Assembly: GCA_905178155.1 (NCBI GenBank)
Contig: CAJINV010000003.1
Location: forward strand, 7,266,372-7,330,371
Length of the DNA stretch: 64,000 nucleotides
DNA from: Amoebophrya sp. A120
Lineage: Eukaryota; Protista; Dinoflagellata
Direction: 5' to 3'
Part shown: one piece after another, positions 56,691-64,000 of the stretch
Layout: every line of letters begins with the position of its first letter
Position numbering within the stretch: the stretch's first letter is position 1
Notes under the pieces: model-generated
The model's input: only the letters and a program-made list of their open reading frames with translations
Database searches by the model: none
Told to the model about the DNA's origin: nothing
Translations under genes and position numbers: made by a program

Positions 56691-59600
56691 GTCAGCATCA
56701 CGGTATCTGCCTCATCGGGTCCCAGGGCCTCCAAGATCATGGCGACCTTTTCCATCTTGGATTTCCCGGCGAAGTCCTTAGCGAACAGCACCTTCGTCAC
56801 CGGATCATTTTTCGGAGCTTCCTTGCAATCTTTCCGTTCATGATCTGGCGAGAAGCAGACCGAGCACACCTTGGTCTTGAACCTGCATTCTTCGGTCGTG
56901 TGTTTGCGCGATAGACACTTTCTGCACCGGGTGCTCATCTTTCCCTGCATCCTCTTGGTACGAAAGTTTCCCCGACCAGCACCGCTAGTTCCCGCGGCGC
57001 GATTGTTCGCCGCACCAGGCCAGTTTCCCCACTTCTTAACGGCGTTGTACTTGTACGGACTCTTCGGGTTGGCTTTTGCTGCCGCAACCTCTTCTTCGGT
57101 CAGGTTTTCACCGATTGCCCCCGCCTGTTCCTGCAGAGCAGCGATTTCTTCCTGCAGCGCGTGAATCTGCGGAGCGGTGCCAATTTCCTTGCTACCGTTG
57201 TTTCCCGGCTGCAAAGCTTCCAGACCTTCGCGGTAGTCCAAGTACTCCACCATGCGCTCAATGTAGGGAACGCGCGGCGTCGCGTAGACCGGATGCATCA
57301 TGAACTCGATGGTGATCTTCGGATCCCAATCGTTCGTCCCGTCCTGATTGCGCATTTTCATCATCAGCTGCTCCCAAACCAGCGTACGATCTTCGGTACG
57401 GACCGGGAACAGATTTACTCCGACGTCGTTCGCGGCGTCGCAGTACCGGAGGAGCATCATTTTCAACGACTCGGTTTTCTTCTTCTTGAAGAAATGGAAC
57501 CTGTCCTGTTCCGCCCTGTTCACGATGAACCCACTCGGATAGCGGGCGTACATGACGTTCAGCAGGTTCTCGAACGTGAGCGTGCTTCTCACGTTTCGTC
57601 TCAGACCGATCCCACGGAGGTTCAGCTTCATTCCCGCGGGGATGCAATGCTGAAACTTCGACACGGACTTGATGCCATCCTCTAGGTCGAAGATGAGTTC
57701 CTCGATGAAACCTGCCTCGTACTCGTGCGGAAACAAAACCTGCCAGGAATCGCGCGGATTCTTGTAAGTCTTCCGGAGATACGACTCCACTGCACGGAAC
57801 CAGCCGGACAAATCAGAGTATGCCTTGATCGAGGGACAAGGTCCTTCCGGCATGCGGTCCTTCATCTCGAGCAGCAGCGTGGGAGAAGCGTTTTCGCCAT
57901 TGTCGAGATCAATACTGTTTTCTTTGCAGTATTTCGACTCGAACAGGATGCGCGAGAACTTAAACTTCTTTTTCTCGGGTGCGAAGTTCGGCATCCCAGG
58001 AAATCCGCCTGGCGGTCCTCCACCACCCGGACTTCCACCGCCTCCACCGTACGGTCCGTTTCCAAATCCAGACCCACCGCTCGGTCCGTTCCCTCCATTG
58101 GGATCTCCATTTCCACCGTTCGGTCCGGATCCGCCGTTTCCATTTCCACCGTACGTGCCGTAACCACCGTTTCCATTTCCACCGCCCGTACCGTTTCCAT
58201 TCCCCGATCCCGGATAACCCCCTGGGAAGCCCGGAATATTCGGCGGAACAAAACCATGCCCAAAACCGTGAGTGCCACTTCCCCCGAAGTTGTTCGTGTA
58301 CCCGTTGAATCCCGCACCGCTGGGACTCGAGGATGAGGCAGCGGCTGCACCGCTCACACCCTGGTTTTGGTTATTTGCATTGTCTGTTACCGCGGTGGGT
58401 AGTTGCGGCACATGGAACCTTAACTGTTTGAGGTTAGCTTCCATGCTGTTAGTAGACGTCACGCGGAAGCCGGCAACCTTCTTCTCTTCTTCCGCGAGTT
58501 TAGTGCGCGTTTGTTGCTCCATAAACGCCTTGATCAGGTTGCTCATGTCACTGATAGTTTCCAGCGGACTTGACGGCTGCTGCGTGGGATTTTCCACAGT
58601 TGCCGGAGAGCTCGCTTCCGCCAGCTTGCGCAACCGCTCAATCTCTTCGTTTGCAGCAGGGATTCCGAAAGCATCCGACGCTAGTCCGTTTGCTTTCGCG
58701 TAGCGCTGGAAGAATTCCCTCTTCTCCTCGGTCATCTTACCCAGGTTTACTGGTTCTTCGGTGACCGACGCATCATCGTCATGCAGAACAGTATCGTTTG
58801 CATTTCCGACCTGGTACCAATTCTTGCTGGCTCCTGACGATGAGGAAGAAGACGTCGCAGATGCGGACTGGAGCTGCAAGACCTTTTCACTCAGCTCCTT
58901 GATCTGATTGATCATCTTCTTCTCGCCCAGCGTAGGAGAAGGACATGGATCACTTACTTCCGCGTTGCGTTCTTCGATGATGCGATTAATCTTGCCTTCG
59001 AGCGCGCCGACGTGTTTCAGGTAACCGTCCTGCATTTCGCTCAGGATGCCACGAAATGCTTTTCGCTCCTCAGCATTTCCTTCTGCGATCCTGGTCAACT
59101 GGTCACCAAATTTTGCCTGTTGCTCTCTGCTGTCGGCAACTTGCTTCGCGATTTTTGCTTCAATTCCGCTGAAGTTTTCCTTTACGCAGCGAAACTCGCT
59201 GCTCACGTGGTTAAACGCTTCCTGAATCTGCTTTCCTTCCTGTTGCAGATTGTTGTGAGTGTCGTTGTTGTATTTGTTGATCACGCCAATCACCTCCTGA
59301 TGCGTATTCGCGATTCCATACTGGCGCTGCAGCTCAGCAGCAAGTTCTTGGTCTTGTTGGTTCAGATGCAGAGCAGCGTTTGCGACCTGTTCGAGGTTAC
59401 CCTGCATCAGCTCGGTATCCTGCTTCAAAGAGTTACCAGCGTGGCCAAGCATGCTGGTTCTCCGTTTCAACTCCTGCGCCACCGCCTGCGTCTGCAGATT
59501 GTTTGCAATGTCGTATGCAGATGGTCCTCCGTAGTTGTTCTCTCCGCTGAGATTATTGCCTGCTCCCAACTGGGGGTTGTAGGCTCCGGTATTCAGCACA

Positions 59601-59989
59601 CCTTGCGGCTTCGGGACGAGAACAACTCCCTCGGGGATCTTCGGTGGCGGCATCGGCGGAACCGCATTCGGATCAGAAAACCGCGGACGCTTCACTCCCG
59701 ATGCTTCCTCACGCTCGCGCGCCAGACGACTCTGGTGTTGCCAGTTCGCGCACGTGGCCGGCGACAGAGGAGGCGGAGGCGGAATTCCAACTCCTGCAGC
59801 AACAACAGTCTTGGCGGGGAACGTGGTTCCGGAGAAACCGGAATCCATGCGGTACCCTTCGTCCTCGATCGGACTACCCGACACGGGGACCGTCACAGCG
59901 TTCTCCAGCGCCATGACAACTTCTCCTAATCCCGGCGGCACCGACGTCATCGACGCGTCGATGGTTTCCGGAATCATCAGCGTAATCAC
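56537..59989 (-). CDS. gag: Gag-like protein with coiled-coil region, G/N-rich tract and two CCHC zinc knuckles
   Basis: 1150-aa ORF immediately after the PBS; CRKCLSRKHTTEEC and CSVCFSPDHERKDC (CX2CX4HX4C) at ~56825-56927. Confidence 0.9.
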   Translation of the reverse strand: MITLMIPETIDASMTSVPPGLGEVVMALENAVTVPVSGSPIEDEGYRMDSGFSGTTFPAKTVVAAGVGIPPPPPLSPATCANWQHQSRLAREREEASGVKRPRFSDPNAVPPMPPPKIPEGVVLVPKPQGVLNTGAYNPQLGAGNNLSGENNYGGPSAYDIANNLQTQAVAQELKRRTSMLGHAGNSLKQDTELMQGNLEQVANAALHLNQQDQELAAELQRQYGIANTHQEVIGVINKYNNDTHNNLQQEGKQIQEAFNHVSSEFRCVKENFSGIEAKIAKQVADSREQQAKFGDQLTRIAEGNAEERKAFRGILSEMQDGYLKHVGALEGKINRIIEERNAEVSDPCPSPTLGEKKMINQIKELSEKVLQLQSASATSSSSSSGASKNWYQVGNANDTVLHDDDASVTEEPVNLGKMTEEKREFFQRYAKANGLASDAFGIPAANEEIERLRKLAEASSPATVENPTQQPSSPLETISDMSNLIKAFMEQQTRTKLAEEEKKVAGFRVTSTNSMEANLKQLRFHVPQLPTAVTDNANNQNQGVSGAAAASSSSPSGAGFNGYTNNFGGSGTHGFGHGFVPPNIPGFPGGYPGSGNGNGTGGGNGNGGYGTYGGNGNGGSGPNGGNGDPNGGNGPSGGSGFGNGPYGGGGGSPGGGGPPGGFPGMPNFAPEKKKFKFSRILFESKYCKENSIDLDNGENASPTLLLEMKDRMPEGPCPSIKAYSDLSGWFRAVESYLRKTYKNPRDSWQVLFPHEYEAGFIEELIFDLEDGIKSVSKFQHCIPAGMKLNLRGIGLRRNVRSTLTFENLLNVMYARYPSGFIVNRAEQDRFHFFKKKKTESLKMMLLRYCDAANDVGVNLFPVRTEDRTLVWEQLMMKMRNQDGTNDWDPKITIEFMMHPVYATPRVPYIERMVEYLDYREGLEALQPGNNGSKEIGTAPQIHALQEEIAALQEQAGAIGENLTEEEVAAAKANPKSPYKYNAVKKWGNWPGAANNRAAGTSGAGRGNFRTKRMQGKMSTRCRKCLSRKHTTEECRFKTKVCSVCFSPDHERKDCKEAPKNDPVTKVLFAKDFAGKSKMEKVAMILEALGPDEADTVMLTCISNKDQERCFILTEEDPVREQDACFCNCEVFVTEEESDICFPCEDGFQA

Positions 59990-60058
59990 CTTTCTTTGTA
60001 CCCGGGCTCGTCGTACTCAAAGTCCTTCCTGCACAGGATACTGCGATAAAACCTCGCG

Positions 60059-60070
60059 TATCCGCTACCA
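60059..60070 (-). promoter_or_regulatory. Primer-binding site, probably initiator tRNA-Met
   Basis: The minus strand reads CA|g|TGGTAGCGGATA. This is complementary to a tRNA ending UCCGCUACCA (A73, U72), consistent with the A1:U72 pair of eukaryotic tRNAiMet. Confidence 0.7.
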
Positions 60071-60071
60071 C

Positions 60072-60554
60072 TGCTTTTTAAGGAGACCTTGTTCTAGATC
60101 TTCTGATCAGTGTTGTCTTTCGTGAACTTACACTCGAATCTCGAGGCTGACGCTGTTGTTCACACGAAGTGAATGCGGGGAGAAGAACAGGATTTCAGGT
60201 GCGTGAAGGAGATACTTCACGCAGTCGAAGGCTCATTCAGTTTTTGTGATTCTTTGTTCGAAACTCTTTAACAGAGTGTTACTCAATAATAGTGGCTTGA
60301 GCCACGATAGTCACACGGGTTCATTGGGAAGGAGTTGATGTTGATGTTGATTGAAACAGAGAAAACATTCAAAGAAGCAAACAACGATTTGTATTGCATT
60401 TCTCTCGAGCAGATAAAAGCTTACATGAAGAAAAGCTTCCGAGTTTTGATTCTCATAAAACAATTGTCCGACTTTTATCTCTCGATCACTCGAACTTCGA
60501 TTTCAGTTCTCTCCCGACAACACTGATTTGAAGATGCTATAACACATATTCACA
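60072..60554 (-). repeat. 5' LTR (483 bp)
   Basis: Direct repeat of 48690-49172, with TG...CA ends, followed on the minus strand by the PBS. Confidence 0.95.
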
Positions 60555-61112
60555 AATGTTTCTATTTTTTCATCTGTGAACGACGGCTAAATCGATGATG
60601 CTTGAAGCAGGCCTGAAAGAATAGCTGATTCGTCGGAAAAAAAGTCAGTGCTTTTTTTTACACATTATGCCTTTCAGAGCTTTCCTTGGATTTCACCGCT
60701 TTACGTTGCAGTTCCTTGAGCATAGTACTCGGCATTTTTTTTCGAAAGATCTTCTGACACTAATCCAAAGACTCGTGTCTTCAACAATGCCAATGCGACC
60801 ACGTGATCATGACTGCAACAGCCCAGAGCCAGGCACAGAATGAGAAATGCTTTTACGTAATCTTTTGGCTTCCATAAACAATGAATCCGGCTGCGGTATT
60901 GAACAACACGCTCGGTGTTCGAGCACAAGGAAGGGGCCAATTGTCCTAAAGTACGGGCTGAATCAGAAAGATCTTCAAAAATGCAGTTTCATTGAGGTGA
61001 TCACTTCCCTAAACTTTATTCTCGTGTCTGTATTCTTTCATTTTTTGGCCTACACTCTAGTACACTTCAAAAACTTATTAAACTGCACTTGCAGGTGCGT
61101 TGTAATATGACA

Positions 61113-63291
61113 TCATCTGCAAGACATCTGCGATTGCCGGACATGCTCCCGGCCGCCTCGTAACGAGCTTTGCCACATCCGCTCAGAGGAGGTTCCACAC
61201 TGACTCTGTTTGCTTGAGCTTGACGTGTAAAGTAATACTACACTTGAAGAAATGCTGGAGTTCTACATACGTGGAAAAATGACGGGGGCGGTCGCGAAAA
61301 AGAGTGACCTCGACCAGCACCTGCTTGCAGCTGGACAGGAGTCTGCGGGCGCTTACGCTTCCCGCGCTTTCGACTGCAATACGTCGCGGGAGCTATGCGG
61401 CCCGACGAAGGTGTCCCTTTCTTCGCTGTCGTCCTGAAGATCTTCAGCTCCTTTGAGCGGCACGGAAACTCGGTCGGAAGACGCGCCACCAGCGCATTCA
61501 ATAGAACTACCCATCATGATCTTTTTCGCGCCCGTGGGGGTCAACCGCCATCCGTGGCCGAGCATTCCGAAATGATTCATCATCGGAGATGACATCAATC
61601 TTTTGTCTTGGTTCATCGTCAGAGCAAAACCGGCAGGACTCGGGAGCGGCGAAAGGGATGTTGATTTCGAGTTCGCGCGGGTAGACGAGCCTGAAGTCAT
61701 GTCCGCAGAGGGGGACTTTTTGTCCTCGTCCGCTCCTGTCTGGATCTCCACGGTGCGGCGACTCCGATTGCTCTTTCCGATGGGCAGGAGGGGCGTATTT
61801 TTGGTCCGAGATGCAGTTGGGAGCTCTTCGTTCGCAGGCTGCAGCGACAGTTTCTCGAGTCTGTCCACAGTAGCCTCGACTTCCTTTCCTTTAGGCTCTT
61901 GCGCGGTGGGAAGCGGTCGCTTGATGTCCCGCTGCTCGGCTGCCAGCAGGTCTTCCAGAAAGTGCATCTTTTGCTCCGGGAGCCACTTCTTCGTCACATA
62001 GATTAAATCATTTACACTCTCATTGCGATTCTTCAGAACGCTCTCGACAAGGCTCCACTTGCTTTTCTCATGCTGTGCCGCGACGGCCATGGCAGCGTCG
62101 GGCTGCGGGAGATCGATGTTAATTGCAGAAGCGAATTCCGCCGCTGCTGCAGCGGCAACACTGGCCAAGTCGTTCAAAATTCCCATTGCCTGAGCCTGCA
62201 CAAAATTCGTTGATACGGAACGAATGAGTGGACGAGGGCAAGACGAGGAGTCACCAGAGTCTGTCCCCCGAGGCACTCTAGCCGATCCCTGCTTCGCAAG
62301 AACTCCAGGAGCGGTCGTCCCCGTGACTCCAGGGATAATCAGGCGCCGTGTGGACCTCCCATGTTCTTCGGCTTGTTTGTTGGTGCACTCTGCGATCAGT
62401 TCAATCAGCTGCGCGAGTAGATACTTTCGCAGAGGCAAACCCACTGCGCCTTCCAGTTGGGCCCGGTCTGCGTCATGCAACAAAACCGTGTCTCGGTGCT
62501 TCGAGAGCAGCACCTGTTTAGGTATGTGAGGTTCAAGCAAACTTGCTCCTGGGTGGGATGCGGAGTCGGTGCCGCCCGATCGATGATGTCCTGTTCCTCA
62601 GAGGGAAACTGATCACAAAAAGTCAAAACCTTAAAATAAAATGAACCTGTTTCCAAATTGCAATCGGGAGCTCTGCGAGCTGTTGCTTGGTGTAGTGTAC
62701 CATGGCTCGTGGCTGCACCAAGGCCAGCGTACCGCCAGACACGCAGTCGTCCTCATCCTGACCGACTGGAACGTTCATGTCCACCGGCTTTGCAAGAACA
62801 CCGCCAAGGAAAGTCACTTGATTTTCGGACATCTCTACGGGAAACCAAAACGCACTCGGGCGGAGCAGCGGATTCTGCTCCTTCGCTGGAACTTTGTGTG
62901 TCGCGCGCGGACGCCTGGAAGAAGTCTTGTAACCTGCCTTTGGAGAGGACGAGACCGACGGATGACACTGGTGCCGTGTTGTGAAACTCCGTGGCAGCTC
63001 CCCTTCGGGGGCACCGCCGACATCGACGTCTGCTCTACTAGCCTCGCCCGCCACCTCGTCCGAAGCAATCGCTTCAGCTAAGGTCGTTCCCTCTTCTACA
63101 TTGCTGCGCATCCCGATCCAATTTCCCGCAATGCTATGATCTAGAAATCGAATTTCGCTGCCGCGTGCAAGTAGATGCTGCTCCTGCAGAAGCAGAGACA
63201 CGACAAACATCAACATGGTGTCCATTGCTCGGAAAATAAAAATGGCTCCCGGATGAAAAAAGGCGTCACGCTTCATTTTTATGTGCGCCAC
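61113..63291 (-). CDS. Hypothetical multi-exon protein; ends uncertain
   Basis: The 222-, 83- and 395-aa ORFs join in frame through GT-AG introns 62609-62646 and 62514-62542. A gtaagc donor near 61355 leads to a probable last exon ending at 61113. No domain recognised. Confidence 0.55.
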
Positions 63292-63841
63292 GTTGAATTA
63301 TTTATTGAAATATTTATTGACTGAATTTAAAGGAAAGCACGCTCTCCAGTTGCAGTTGCATCGAGTTTATGCAAAAAAAAAAGAGAATCGAGGGATCAGA
63401 ATGATTGCACTTCGAAAGATTCAAAAAGACCGGAGCGCAGTGCTCACATCAAATCTAAGCTCTGGACGATTCTCTGGGTTGCAAGCCTTGCTAAAGATAA
63501 AGTGCTAAGAAAGACAGCCATACACTTCAACAAAATACCTGGCTAATGTAAGCAAAAAAAGAGCCGTGTGATATCCGAGGAAAACATACAATTTTTGATC
63601 TTTGCAATAGTATCTAGCCTAGTATGGTCACTACTAAGCCGAAGCGCAAGTGGTATGATCGAGATCTCCTTGTGTCACTTTGTGCTAAACCTAAATCACT
63701 GTAGCAGCTCCGCATGGGGGTATAGGCCCAGAAGCAGCTTACACGTGCAGAAAATATTCACTTCCCATATTATACCGCAAGATACAATCTCTACAATGAC
63801 TAGCGAAAGGTGAGAAAGCCCATTATTTAATAGTATTCCGC

Positions 63842-64000
63842 AATAGAAACAAAGAATAGAAACGAAAAACAAAAACAAAGAATGGAAACGAAAAATGAAA
63901 ACAAACAATGGAAACGAAAAACGAAAACAAAGAATAGAAACGAAAAACGAAAACAAACAATGGAAACGAAAAACGAAAACAAAGAATAGAAACGAAAAAC
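63842..64000. repeat. 26-bp A-rich minisatellite, running off the right edge
   Basis: Unit aat(a/g)gaaacgaaaaacgaaaacaaa(g/c) starts at 63855, 63881, 63907, 63933, 63959 and 63985. Confidence 0.92.

Larger units (their letters stand above)
48690..60554 (-). mobile_element. Full-length Ty1/Copia-type LTR retrotransposon (11,865 bp)
   Basis: Two 483-bp TG...CA direct repeats, AATG target-site duplication (48686-48689 and 60555-60558), PBS, gag with two zinc knuckles, and pol in PR-INT-RT-RH order. Confidence 0.96.

Noticed and set aside
63842-64000. CRISPR array or telomere interpretation of the terminal repeat, and the 86-aa hydrophobic ORF on its minus strand
   Set aside because: No unique spacers and no cas genes; not a telomeric motif. 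The ORF is an artefact of the T-rich repeat strand.

Overview
Eukaryotic genomic DNA, probably from an alveolate or dinoflagellate-like protist. That assignment is inferred from the spliceosomal introns, the all-one-strand gene order, an inverted-repeat intron and possible spliced-leader relics. Every gene I can support is on the minus strand. From left to right: (1) a minus-strand frame that stays open for about 20 kb (over 6,300 aa, running off the left edge and therefore missing from the ORF track), encoding a fibrocystin-L/PKHD1L1-like surface protein with IPT, PA14-like, laminin-EGF, Ig-like, galactose-binding-like, G8 and beta-helix modules; (2) a multi-exon low-complexity protein whose gene contains a hairpin (introner-like) intron; (3) an 8-exon NME7/NDK7; (4) a type-II membrane-like hypothetical protein; (5) a multi-exon atypical kinase-fold protein; (6) a membrane-anchored WCPPC thioredoxin; (7) a young, complete 11.9-kb Ty1/Copia-type LTR retrotransposon; (8) a hypothetical gene with very short introns; (9) a 26-bp minisatellite at the right edge. 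The retrotransposon is unusual in several ways: a DUF4326 cargo domain, a D(33)E integrase with no visible HHCC motif, a 4-bp TSD, gag and pol in different frames, and no sense-strand polypurine tract (a mirror-image PBS-like motif sits there instead). All exon models were built by hand and need RNA-seq confirmation.
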